The notes beneath the pieces are model-generated. The model made no database searches. It was given only the letters and a program-made list of their open reading frames with translations, and was not told the origin of the DNA. Of a stretch of 64,000 nucleotides of DNA, positions 41,429 to 52,006 are shown in pieces; position 1 is the first letter of the stretch; the number at the start of each line of letters is the position of its first letter. This stretch comes from an uncultured Acidobacteriota bacterium (lineage in GTDB: Bacteria > Acidobacteriota > Thermoanaerobaculia > UBA5066 > Gp7-AA6). Made by a program: the position numbers and the translations under genes. Location of the stretch: NCBI GenBank assembly GCA_963811425.1, contig CAWERV010000011.1, forward strand, positions 41,219 to 105,218, given 5' to 3'.

Positions 41429-42215
41429 TCAGTACTTCTCGGCGACGAACCTTCTCCCCTTCAGGCTGGCCTGGTCGTCGTATCGATTCTTCTTCCAGCG
41501 CTTCGGCAGCGTCACCTTCTCGTGGCGCAGCTTCTTGTAGGGGATGAGCTCGAGAACGTGCGCGATGCAGTTCAGGCGGGCGCGACGCTTGTCGTCCGAG
41601 CGCACGATGTACCAGGGCGCATGCTTGGTGTCCGTGGCCTCGAACATCTTGTCGCGGGCCCGCGAGTACTCGTACCAGCGCGGCCACGATTCGATGTCCA
41701 TGGGCGAGAGCTTCCACTGCCGCAGGGGGTCGTCGATGCGCGCCGTCATCCGCCGTTCCTGCTCGTCTTGCCCGACCTCGAGCCAGAGCTTGATGAGCTG
41801 GATCCCGTTGCCGACGATCGCCTCCTCGACGAAGGGGCAGAGCTCGAGGAAGCCCTTCGTATTGCTCCTTGGTGCAGAAGCCCATCACGTGCTCGATGCC
41901 CGCCCGGTTGTACCAACTTCGATCGAAGATCACGATCTCGCCCGCTGCGGGGAAGTGGCCGATGTAGCGCTGGAAGTACATCTGCGTCTTCTCGCGGTCG
42001 GAGGGCGCGGGCAGCGCCACGACCCGGAACACGCGCGGGCTGACGCGCTCGGTGAGGGCGCGGATCGTCCCGCCCTTGCCGGCCGTGTCGCGCCCCTCGA
42101 AGACGATGATCACGCGGTGGCCCTTGTGCTTGACCCACTCCTGGAGCTTGCACAGCTCGGCCTGCAGCTTGCGCAGGTTCTTCACGTACGCCTTGTTCTT
42201 CATCTTCTTCGGCAT
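41429..42215 (-). CDS. ppk2: Polyphosphate kinase 2
   Basis: Reads VIIVFEGRDTAGKGGTI, FDRSWYNRAGIEHVMGF and APWYIVRSDDKRRARLN. One frame break near 41865. Confidence 0.9.
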
Positions 42216-42227
42216 GGTCTTCCGGGC

Positions 42228-43588
42228 TCAGAACCGCAGCAGGAACTGGTCGGGAACAGCAGGCCGGTCTGGCCCGAGGAGTAGACGTAGAGGACGCTCG
42301 GTGTAAGGGCAGTTCTGGATCGCGATGATCTCGCTGCTGATCCACACCTGGCGCGTGCCGAACGGGTACCAGTGGAAGCCGACGGCGCCCTCGACGGCGG
42401 TCGCGAACGGACCGCGGACGAACGAGCTGCGCACGTACGTCTCCAGCTTGCTGCGGAGCACGAAGTAGCCGAGCGAGGCTTCGAAGCCCCAGTCGAACAT
42501 GCTGCTCGAGCGGCAGCGGCCCGTCGGCGGTGAAGTGGTTCAGCCAGCGCTGGTAGAACTCGGCGTTGAACGCGAGGCCGCGGTACTTGATGCCCGCGTC
42601 GATCGCCGACAGGTAGAAGTTGGCGAGCGACATGGTGACGCCCGGCGCCAGCGTCCCGGTCCCGAACAGCAGCGTGCCGTCCGACATGATAGGTCGCGTT
42701 GTTCTCGGGGCTGGCCGTCGAGAGATCCGACAGGCGATCCTCGCGCGCGAAGGTGAAGGCGGCGCCGAGGCGCAGGGCCGGCGACTCGTGGTGCTCGTAG
42801 TCGTTCCACGGCTTGCCGAAGTCGTTGCGGTCGTACCAGACGGAGGCGGAGTAGGCGAAGTTGTAGTCGATCTTCGAGGCCGCGATGTCGAGCGTGTTGA
42901 GCGAGTTGCCGATCATCGCGATGTACTTGAAGCCGGGAAGCAGCTCGCCGTCGGCCCAGATGCCCTGGGTGAACCCCGGTCGCATGTAGTTGACGGCCAT
43001 GCTGCGATCGGTGGCCGGGAAGAAGGGGTAGGTGCCGGTCATGGAGCGCAGGCTCGGCAGCGAGAAGAAGCCGACGCGCAGCGCGAACGCCTTGCTGAAC
43101 ACGTACCCGACGTACCCGGCCGCCGTCGCCGACAGCGTGGCGCTCGACGTGTAGAGCGAGGATGTTGAAGTCGAGGCTGCGGATCGAAGACGTAGCCGGA
43201 GAAGTAGAAGACGTCGCGCGTGAGCTGGATGTCGTTGCGCCGCTGGACCTCCTTCTCCTCGCCGAGGTGGGTGACGTAGGTGTGGTGCACCGCCATGCGT
43301 GTTGGTGTACTTGAACTGCGAGACGTGATTGAGCTTGAGCCGGAACGGCATCGCGGTCGCGTCCGGCGTCGAGACCAGCACGAAGCCCTTGTCGTAGTGG
43401 GGCAGCTCCCAGGACCGGCCGGCGGCGTGGTGGCGGGTGCAGGCGGGCCTCGCGACGGGCGAGCCGGGGGCGCGGGCGGCGGCCGGTGCCGCGATCGAAG
43501 GGCTCGCGGGGACCGCGCCGGCGTCGGGATCAGCGGGCGTCTGCGCGAGCACGGCCAGGAGCAGGAGCGCCCCGCCCCCGAGCGCCAC
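42228..43588 (-). CDS. Outer-membrane porin-like beta-barrel protein
   Basis: Signal-like VALGGGALLLLAVLAQ. Reads FRLKLNHVSQFKYTN, SLRSMTGTYPFFPATDRSMAVNYMRPG and FGKPWNDYEHHESPALRLGAAFTF. Ends ...DQFLLRF (terminal Phe). Confidence 0.6.
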
Positions 43589-43590
43589 CG

Positions 43591-44738
43591 TCAGGCCGTC
43601 CTTTCCGACAGCAGCTGCTCGGCGCTGGCCATCGGGACGTCCGCTGCCGGGTGCTCCGGGGAAAGCTCGGCGTCCGAGAGCTCGGCCAGGAACGCGCTCG
43701 CCTGGGCTTCTCCGTCGGCGATGAGCGTGTCGATGTGGCTCGGGCAGGCGCGACAGCTTGCTCGGATAGTCGAGGCCCTCCTGCAGCGCCTTCGACATCC
43801 GGATGAAGCGCACCGTGATCGGCGTCGGTCGTGTCGAGGCCGAAGCGGGCGCGGAAGCGGGGCGTGAGCGCGCCCTCCTGCAGCGAGCAGGTTCACCATG
43901 TCGATGAGCTGGAGCTCGTGCTGAAGGCTCAGGTTGCCGGCCAGGTGGTTGCGGCGATCGACGATGTCGCTCGGCGTCTCGGGGACGAAGTCGTGCTGCG
44001 AGCGATTCACCTGGATGATCCAGATCTCCTCGGGCAGCGTGTCCTTCCCCATCAGCGACTTCGCGCAAGAAGCCGACGACGGGCGGGTTCGAGGCGAAGA
44101 TGCCGTCCCAGTAGGCGTGCCCGTCGACCCACGACCGCCGGGAACAGATTCGGGATCGCGGCCGACGCGAGCAGCGCGTCCGCGGAGATCTCGCCGTTCG
44201 CCGAGCTGAAGATCTTGAAGGTGCCCTCGAGCACGTCGCCCGCCCCGACCAGGAGCACGGGGCTCTGGGCGTCGACCAGCGAGGGCAAGGCGTCGAAGTC
44301 CAGGTGCTTGACGACGGAGCGCCCGCAGATCCGTGAACTCGGGGCGCGCGAGCAGCGCGCGCAGTCACCTTCGACAAGAACTGGAATTGCGGCGACGAGG
44401 GGCTGCTGGCGAAGCTCGGCAAGAAGCCGCGCTCGACCAGCCGCAGCAGCTGGGTGCAGAACCCGTCGAGGAAGATCTCCTGCGGCGTCTGCGCCGACAG
44501 ATCCTTCCAGCAGGCGATGATCCGATCCTCGATGGGCGTCCGATCTCCCCGCGCCTGCTCGAGCAGGCCGAACCAGGCGAGCGCGGCGGTGATGGCGCCG
44601 CCCGAGGTTCCGCTCAGGCCGACGATCTTGAATCGCTCGCTGGACGCCCTGCGCGAACAGGGCCTTGAGCGCGCCCGCGACGAACGCGCACTGACTTCCC
44701 CCTCCCTGACAGGCGATCGCGATGCGCTTGCCGCTCAT
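43591..44738 (-). CDS. Patatin-like phospholipase
   Basis: Reads IACQGGGSQCAFVAGAL, GLSGTSGGA (GxSxG), YWDGIFASNPP and EIWIIQVNRSQ. Several frame breaks. Confidence 0.8.
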
Positions 44739-44967
44739 GGTCCCCTTCCGTCGCGGTGGCGGGTCGAACGCCTGCGACTGTTCCCTAGTGCGAACCTCGG
44801 CGGGCGCTGTCAAGGGATCGACCGCAAACGGTCCGCGCCAACCTCCGCCCGCCGCACCGAGGAGAAATCAGGGGCTGTCCCTACTGGCCCCCGATCGGGT
44901 GCGACCCCATGTTCCGCGCCAGATTGAAGCGCGATGGGGAGTTTCACCGACGGACCCGGAGGGAGCG

Positions 44968-45378
44968 ATGTACGAGCAACTCTTTGAGACGTTTCGCAAG
45001 TCGTCTGAATCGTGGCTGCAGATGCAGCAGGACATGTTCAAGAACTCGATGCAGCAGTTCGTGGCGACGCCGCCGAATGGCGGGGGCGCCGCGACCGACT
45101 GGAACCGAACCTTCCAGAAGCGCTTGCTCGAGCTGGCGGTCGAGATCCTGAACAAGCACCGCGAGTCGCTCGACGCGACGTACAAGTCGATGATTCAACT
45201 CATCGAGCAGACGTCCCGGATGTCCGAGGCGAAGTCCTCCGAAGAATATCGTCGCGGGGTCGAGGATCTGTGGCGCAAGTGGTTCGAAGACGCCAAGAGC
45301 CAATCCGAGGCCCAGTTCCGCGACGTGCAGACCTGGGCGGGGAAGTCCCTGGAGATCGTCCAGAGCGCCCAGGCCTAG
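44968..45378 (+). CDS. Phasin-like helical protein
   Basis: Strong SD GGAGGGA. 136 aa with helical, charged composition (WLQMQQDMFKNSMQQF, RRGVEDLWRKWFEDAKSQSEAQF). It heads the PHA locus. Confidence 0.5.
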   Translation: MYEQLFETFRKSSESWLQMQQDMFKNSMQQFVATPPNGGGAATDWNRTFQKRLLELAVEILNKHRESLDATYKSMIQLIEQTSRMSEAKSSEEYRRGVEDLWRKWFEDAKSQSEAQFRDVQTWAGKSLEIVQSAQA

Positions 45379-45399
45379 GTCGCTTCGAAAGACGGTCAC

Positions 45400-45666
45400 A
45401 TGGCTTCTGGAGAGCGGATCCAGCCGACCCCGCCAGTCGTCATCCCCGAGCCGTGGCTCGGGTGGTGGCGGCTCGCCGTCGACATGACCTGGGTCTCGCT
45501 CCATTCGCCTTCGGATGCGAGGCAACTGAGGTCGTTCTGGTCGACGAACCTGAGTGAAGCCGCGGACCGTACGCTGAGGTCGCCGGAATTTCTGGAGCTC
45601 ATGGCCAGCAACCTCAAGACGTTGGCCGCCCTAACTCGTCTCAACTCCCAACCCCGACTCAGATAG
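45400..45666 (+). CDS. 88-aa hypothetical protein (possible PHA synthase accessory subunit)
   Basis: Intact ORF in the same frame as the phasin-like ORF, 7 codons after its TAG. Reads PEPWLGWWRLAVDMTW and SPEFLELMASNLKTLAAL. The SD is weak. Confidence 0.4.
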   Translation: MASGERIQPTPPVVIPEPWLGWWRLAVDMTWVSLHSPSDARQLRSFWSTNLSEAADRTLRSPEFLELMASNLKTLAALTRLNSQPRLR

Positions 45667-45676
45667 GACATCCACC

Positions 45677-46495
45677 ATGGAAGCTGCACTCGAAGTCGTC
45701 ACCGCTCCCGCCATTTCCGCCATCTCCGCCAACGGCACCATCCAGAGCTTCAGCTTGCTCGGGAAGAACGTGTTCGTGACCGGTGGCTCACGCGGGATCG
45801 GCAGGGCCTGCGCCCTGACGCTCGCCGCCGCGGGGGCCGACGTCGCCGTCGGCTCGAGCGCGACCGGCGTCGAATCGGCCGAGGCCGTCTGTCTCGAGAT
45901 CCGTGCGATGGGGCGGCGGGCGACGGCTTATTCGTGCGACGTCGGGATACGGGGCGAGGTGGACGCGATGTGCGCCCAGGTGAACGAGGACTTCGGCGCG
46001 ATCGACGTTCTCGTCAACAACGCGGGCGTTACCCGCGATGGCCTGTTCAGAAAGATGGACCGGAGCGCCTGGGATGCGGTCATCAACACCAACCTGAACA
46101 GCGTATTCGACGTCACCCAGCGCTTCATCGAACCGATGGCCGCGCGCAAATGGGGACGGGTGATCAACATCTCGAGCATCGTCGGGCGCATCGGGAATTT
46201 CGGTCAGACCAACTACGCGGCCGCGAAGGCCGGATTGATCGGATTGACCAAGGCCCTGGCGCGCGAGTACGCGCGCAAAGGGGTCACCGTGAACGCGATC
46301 GCCCCGGGCTTCGTCCGGACGCGCATGCTCGACGGCGTCCCGGACAAGGCGCTCCAGTCCGTTCTCGACGTGACCCCGATGGGACGTTTCGCGGAGCCGA
46401 TGGAGATCGGTGCCAGCGTTCTCTATCTCGCCTCTCCCGCCGCGAGCTTCGTGACCGGTCACGTTCTCGACGTCAACGGCGGCATGGCGATGTGA
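45677..46495 (+). CDS. phaB: Acetoacetyl-CoA reductase / FabG-type SDR
   Basis: Reads TGGSRGIGRA, LVNNAGV, NFGQTNYAAAKAG and VNAIAPGF. Intact ORF, next to phaC. Confidence 0.8.
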   Translation: MEAALEVVTAPAISAISANGTIQSFSLLGKNVFVTGGSRGIGRACALTLAAAGADVAVGSSATGVESAEAVCLEIRAMGRRATAYSCDVGIRGEVDAMCAQVNEDFGAIDVLVNNAGVTRDGLFRKMDRSAWDAVINTNLNSVFDVTQRFIEPMAARKWGRVINISSIVGRIGNFGQTNYAAAKAGLIGLTKALAREYARKGVTVNAIAPGFVRTRMLDGVPDKALQSVLDVTPMGRFAEPMEIGASVLYLASPAASFVTGHVLDVNGGMAM

Positions 46496-46532
46496 GGGCG
46501 GGAGCATAGCTCCCGAGCATCGAGAGGGTCGA

Positions 46533-47636
46533 ATGGAACAGAGCGGCAGCCCGGCCCGCGTCTCCCCCGACTTGCTGGCGGGTCTCTTCGCCGAGCAGCA
46601 GCGGAGCTGGCGTCGCCTCCTGAACGCTCCGCGCGTGGCCGAGGTGGCGCTCGCCACCCGCGTCGGCACCACGCCCCACGACGTCGTGCTGGAGAAGGGG
46701 ACCTGGAGGCTCCTGCGCTATCGCCGGGAGACGCCGGCGGTCCACGCGGAGCCGGTGCTGTTCTGTTACGCGCTCATCAATCGTCCCTACATCCTCGACC
46801 TTCAACCGGACAAGAGCGTGGTGGGGCGGTACCTGGAACGGGGCTTCGACGTCTACCTGATCGACTGGGGAAGTCCGTCGGACGGCGATCGCCACCTGAC
46901 GCTCGCGGACTACGTGTGCGGATTCCTCGAGGACTCTGTCCAGCTCATTCTTCGCGCGCATGGGCGCGAGCGCCTTCACCTCCTCGGCTATTGCATGGGC
47001 GGAACGATGTCGGCGATGTTCGCCGCCCTCAATCCGGAGCGGGTCGCGAGCCTCACGCTCCTGGCGGCGCCGATCGCCTTCGAGGGTCGCGAGTCGTTGC
47101 TGAACCTCTGGGCGGATCGCCGGCACTTCGACGTCGACGCGTTCATCGACGCCCACGGCAACTGCCCGGCGTGGTTTCTGCAGGGCTGCTTCCTCTTCAT
47201 GAAACCGATCCAAAACATCTTCGAGAGGAGCACGGCCCTGTACGAACTGATGGGCGAGACCCACTCTCTCTCCAGCTACTTCGCCATGGAACGCTGGATC
47301 AACGACAACATCCCGGTTGCCGGAGAGACCTTCCGGGAGTTCGTCAAGAAGCTCTATCAGGGCGACGAGCTCGTGCGCGGCGAGTTCCACCTCGGCGATC
47401 GTCGGGTCGAGCTCGGGCGGATCGCCTGCCCGGTTCTCCTGCTGACGGCCAAGAACGATCATCTGGTCGCACCGGCCTCGACGGAGGGCATCCGTCCCCA
47501 CCTCGGGTCCGGCGACGTCGAATCGATGACGATCGACGCCGGTCACGTCGGCCTGGTCGTGGGCGGCAAGGCGCAGAAGACCCTGTGGCCCGCGGCGACG
47601 CGTTGGCTGGCCGATCGATCGGAGGAGCAACCATGA
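46533..47636 (+). CDS. phaC: PHA synthase, class III/IV-size PhaC
   Basis: 367 aa, intact. Reads CYALINRPYILDL and FDVYLIDWG. Lipase box LLGYCMGG. Also reads DAGHVGL. Confidence 0.9.
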   Translation: MEQSGSPARVSPDLLAGLFAEQQRSWRRLLNAPRVAEVALATRVGTTPHDVVLEKGTWRLLRYRRETPAVHAEPVLFCYALINRPYILDLQPDKSVVGRYLERGFDVYLIDWGSPSDGDRHLTLADYVCGFLEDSVQLILRAHGRERLHLLGYCMGGTMSAMFAALNPERVASLTLLAAPIAFEGRESLLNLWADRRHFDVDAFIDAHGNCPAWFLQGCFLFMKPIQNIFERSTALYELMGETHSLSSYFAMERWINDNIPVAGETFREFVKKLYQGDELVRGEFHLGDRRVELGRIACPVLLLTAKNDHLVAPASTEGIRPHLGSGDVESMTIDAGHVGLVVGGKAQKTLWPAATRWLADRSEEQP

Positions 47637-48629
47637 GCAACGGAGCGCGCAACCGGGTCGCCATCGCCTGTCAGGGAGGGGGGAGCCACACGGCGTTCAC
47701 GGCGGGGGTCCTGCAGGGCCTGATGGCGGGCCTCCCGGCCGACGTCGAGGTCGTCGCGCTGACCGGCACGTCCGGCGGAGCGATCTGCGCGGCGCTCGCC
47801 TGGGAGGGGGTCGCTGCGCAACGATCCGAAGCTGGCGATCACCAAGCTACAGAAGTTCTGGGAGGCGAACTCGGCCCGAGAGCCGTGGGACCAGCTGGCC
47901 AACCAGGCCATGATGAGCATGGCCAGCCTGAAGGATCTCATGATCCTGCCGGAGGTGAGCCCCTACCACCTCCCGACCTGGGGCGAGGATCGCTTCCGCG
48001 CCATGCTCAACGAGTTCTTCGACTTCGAGGAGCTGCGGAGGCTCGCGCGCCGGCCGGGCGCGCCGCTCCTGCAGATCGGCGCGGTCGAGGTCCTGAGCGG
48101 TCACTTCGAGATCTTCACCGGGGAGGAGCTCTCCGCCGAGTGCCTGCTGGCCTCGGCGGCGATCCCGGAGCTGTTTCGGGCGGTCACCGTCCCGGGGCGG
48201 GGCGTGTTCTGGGACGGCCTGTTCTCCCAGAATCCTCCCATCCACGACCTCCTGGAACACCAGATCGACGAGATCTGGATCATCCAGATCAACTCGAGCA
48301 GCTGCGCCAAGGTCCCCTCCGAGACCCACGAGATCCTGGATCGGCGCAACGCGCTCTCCGGCAACCTTTCGATGGAGCAGGAGCTGGGGTTCATCGAGAC
48401 CCTCAACCGGGCGATCCGTCAGGGCCGGCTCGCCGATTCGAAGTTCCATCCCATCGAGGTCACGCGCATCCCGCTCGATCGGGAGCTCAGCTACCGATCC
48501 AAGATGGATCGACGTCCCGAGTTCCTGGACGAGCTGCGTGAGTACGGCAAGACGAAGTGCCGTTGGTTCCTGAAGGAGCGCCTGGCGAGTCCCCCCATCG
48601 CCAGGCCGTCGCAACAACCCACCGCTTGA
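47633..48629 (+). CDS. Patatin-like phospholipase, paralog of the gene at 43591-44738
   Basis: ATGA overlap with the phaC stop. Reads IACQGGGSHTAFTAGVL, LTGTSGGAICA, FWDGLFSQNPP and EIWIIQINSSS. Two frame breaks. Confidence 0.8.
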
Positions 48630-48645
48630 GGGGAGCATACGGGCC

Positions 48646-49637
48646 ATGGGCATTCGAATCACCGGCGTCGGGGCCTACGTGCCCAGCAGGACCGTGACCA
48701 ACCAGGAGCTGTCCCAGCGGGTCGACACCTCCGACTACTGGATCGAGACCAAGACCGGCATCCGGGAACGGCGGATCTCGGCGCCCGGGGAAGCCCCCAG
48801 CGACATGGGCTGCGAGGCGGCGCTTCGTTGCCTGACCCACGCGGGCGTCGCCAAGTCGACGGTCGACCTCATCGTCGTGGCGTGCGCCACCCCGGATCAG
48901 TCGCAGCCGGCCGTCGCCTGCCTGATCCAGGAGAAGCTCGGCGTGGCGGAAGGCCAGTGTCCGGCGTTCGACGTGAACTCCGTTTGCGCCGGCTTCGTGT
49001 TCGCGCTGAACGCGGCGCAGGGCATGATGCTGTCCGCGCCCGACCGCTATCGCAACGTGCTCGTCATCGGCACGGACGCCTTCTCCAAGATCCTCAACTG
49101 GAACGATCGGCGCACCTGCATCTTCTTCGGCGACGGGGCCGGGGCCGTGCTGCTGTCACGGACCGATGGGGACGATCGGCGCATCCATTTCTGCGCTGGG
49201 CAGCGACGGCCGGGGAAGCCGCTACATCCAGGTGCCGGCCGGCGGCACCCGACTGCCCGTCGACGCCGAGGTTCTGGAGAAGCGACTGAACACGTTCACG
49301 ATGGACGGCCCCAAGGTCTGGGACTTCGCCATGGAGACCGTCCCTCGAACGATTCGGTCGCTGCTCGGTGAGCACGGCCTCGTGCCCATCGGACGTCGAC
49401 CTCCTGGTCCTGCACCAGAGCAACCTGCGCATGATCGAGGCCCTGATGACCTCGCTCGAGGTGCCCCAGGACCGGACCGTCACCACCGTCGAGACCTACG
49501 GCAACACGGCGGCGGCCAGCATTCCGCTCACGCTGGAGAAGGCCTGGAGGACCGGCCGATTGCGGCAGGGGTCACGGGTGGTGCTGTGCGGATTCGGCGG
49601 AGGACTGTCCTGGGGAGCCGCGCTCCTCGACTGGTGA
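48646..49637 (+). CDS. FabH-like beta-ketoacyl synthase III
   Basis: Cys-His-Asn triad contexts NSVCAGFVFAL, LLVLHQSNLRMI and YGNTAAASIPL. Two frame breaks. Confidence 0.85.
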
Positions 49638-49646
49638 CGGGCTGCG

Positions 49647-50405
49647 GATGCACACCGTCCTCGTCACCGGCGCGGCCAGCGGCATCGGCGCGGGGCTCGC
49701 CGCCGAGCTGGCGCAGGCCGGCCACCACGTCATCGTCAGCGACCTCGAACGCCACGACGGCGGCGCGGTCGCCGACCAGATTCGCTCCCGGGGGGATCCG
49801 CCGAGGCGGTGGTGATGGACGTGACCTCGGACGACAGCGTGGCCGCCGCGCTGTCGTCGCTGTCGCGTCCGGTCGACGTGCTGGTGAACAACGCCGGCCT
49901 GCAGCACGTCTCGCCGCTGCCGGAGTTCCCGATGACCAAGTGGGACTACCTCATCCAGGTGATGCTGACCGGGACGGCGCGGCTGACCCGCGCGGTGCTG
50001 CCGGGCATGCGCCGGCGCGGCTTCGGCCGCATCATCAACATGGGCAGCATCCATTCCCTGGTCGCCAGCCCCTACAAGAGCGCCTACGTCGCCGCCAAGC
50101 ACGGCCTCCTCGGCTTTTCGAAGGCGATCGCGCTCGAGACCGCCGACACCGACATCACCATCAACACGATCTGCCCCAGCTACGTGCGGACGCCGCTGGT
50201 CGACGCCCAGATCGCCGATCAGGCGCGCGCCCGCGCCATCCCCGAATCGGAGGTGATAGGCCGGATCATGCTCGAGCCGATGCCCAAGGGCGTGTTCATC
50301 GGCGTCGACGAGCTGGCGGCCATCGCGGGCTTTCTCGTCTCCCCGGCGGCGCGCAACATCACGGGCCAGACGATCGTGGTCGACGGGGGCTGGACGGCGC
50401 GGTGA
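49647..50405 (+). CDS. 3-hydroxybutyrate dehydrogenase-type SDR
   Basis: Reads VTGAASGIGAG, LVNNAGL, YKSAYVAAKHG and ITINTICPSYVRTPLV. One frame break. Confidence 0.75.
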   Translation, partial: DAHRPRHRRGQRHRRGARRRAGAGRPPRHRQRPRTPRRRRGRRPDSLPGGSAEAVVMDVTSDDSVAAALSSLSRPVDVLVNNAGLQHVSPLPEFPMTKWDYLIQVMLTGTARLTRAVLPGMRRRGFGRIINMGSIHSLVASPYKSAYVAAKHGLLGFSKAIALETADTDITINTICPSYVRTPLVDAQIADQARARAIPESEVIGRIMLEPMPKGVFIGVDELAAIAGFLVSPAARNITGQTIVVDGGWTAR

Positions 50406-50496
50406 GCTGCCCCGGCGAATGGATGAGCTACGTTCCACCCCCGATCGGGGATAGACCCGATGCGAAAGCCGTTATACTGGGCCTCGCGCCCCGTAC

Positions 50497-51775
50497 GTGC
50501 TTTACAAGCTTCACGAGTTCAATCGCGCTCTCTTCGCCCCCGCCACCCACCTGGCCCGGACGGGCGCGAACATGTTCTCCACTCCTGGAAGCTGGCTGGC
50601 GCTGATGCCCGGCGCGGCCAGCGTGGCCGCCGGTTACGAGTTCCTGTACCGGCTCGGCAAGACCTACGGCAAACCGGAGTTCGGCATCGACGAGGTGGAG
50701 GCCCACGGGGAGAAGGTGGCGGTGTTCGAGCAGACGGTGCTGGAGAAGCCCTTCTGCCGGCTGCAGCGGTTCGAGCGTCACAGCGATCGCGCAGACGTCG
50801 CCGCCGCGCTCGCGCGCGATCCGGTGGTGCTGCTGGTGGCGCCGCTGTCGGGTCATCACGCCACGCTGCTGCGCGAGACCGTCCGCACCCTGGCCGCGGG
50901 CCACGAGGTCTACGTCACCGACTGGATCGACGCGCGAACCGTCCCCCTCGATCGGGGCCCCTTCACGCTGGACGACTACGTCGGCTATCTGCGCGAGTTC
51001 ATCCGGCACCTCGGCGCGGAGCGCGTGCACGTCATCTCGGTCTGCCAGGCGACCGTGCCGGCGCTCGCGGCGGTGGCGCTGATGGCGGCGGCCGGCGAGT
51101 CGCAGCCGCGCAGCCTGACCATGATGGGCGGTCCAATCGACGCCCGATGTAACCCGACCCAGGTCAATCAACTCGCCACCAGCCAGCCGCTCGACTGGTT
51201 CGAGACCAACCTGCTCCACGAGGTGCCGGCCAGCTACCCGGGGCGTGGTCGGCGGGTCTATCCGGGGTTCCTCCAGCACGCGAGCTTCATCGCCATGAAC
51301 CCGCTCCGGCACGCGAGCTCCCACTGGGACTTCTATCAGGATCTCCTTCGCGGCGCGCGCAGCGACGCCGAGGACCACCGCCGCTTCTACGACGAATACA
51401 ACGCCGTGCTCGACATGGCGGCCGAGTACTACCTCGACTGCGTCCGGATCGTCTTCCAGCAGCACCTGCTTCCGCGCGGCCTATGGTTCGTCGGCGGCGA
51501 ACGGGTGGCGCCGGAGGCGATCACCGGAACCGCCCTGCTGACCATCGAAGGCGAGCTCGACGATATCTCGGGCGTCGGTCAGACAGCAGCGGCGCGCGAC
51601 CTCTGTCCGGGCGTGCCCTCTGATCGGAAGCACCACCTGACCGTCGACGACGCCGGACACTACGGCATCTTCAGCGGACGGCGCTGGCGCGAGACCGTGT
51701 ATCCCAGGGTGCGCGAGTTCATCGCCGCGGCCGACGCCGACGGGCGCTTCTGCGCCGCCGGCCCGAGACGACTGA
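50497..51775 (+). CDS. phaZ: Intracellular PHB depolymerase (PhaZ type)
   Basis: Reads MLYKLHEFNRALFAP, LLVAPLSGHHATLLR, VISVCQATVP and DDAGHYGIFSG. The ORF track runs on to 51963. TGA 51773-51775 becomes in-frame if one more +1 insertion lies near 51700-51770. Confidence 0.8.
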
Positions 51776-52006
51776 CACCCCGACCAGGTCGTCTACGATC
51801 GCCTCGCCCGCGTCGTGCTCGGCATCGAGCGGGCGGCGGGTCAGCGTCGAGGTCAAGGTGTCTGACGAAAAACGGACGCGCCTGCACCCTGACACGGCGG
51901 TCACTGAACGCGACGACCGCCAGCGCCGATTTCGTGATCGGGAAGAGCCAGTCCCGGCATTAACCGAGCCCGGCGCTACAACTTGAGCCCTAGGAGGTCT
52001 GCCAGC

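Noticed and set aside
51776-51963. A roughly 60-aa Arg/Pro-rich C-terminal extension of PhaZ, as given by the ORF track.
   Set aside because: PhaZ-type similarity ends near 51735. One further +1 insertion would put TGA 51773-51775 in frame. The extension has nonsense-like composition.
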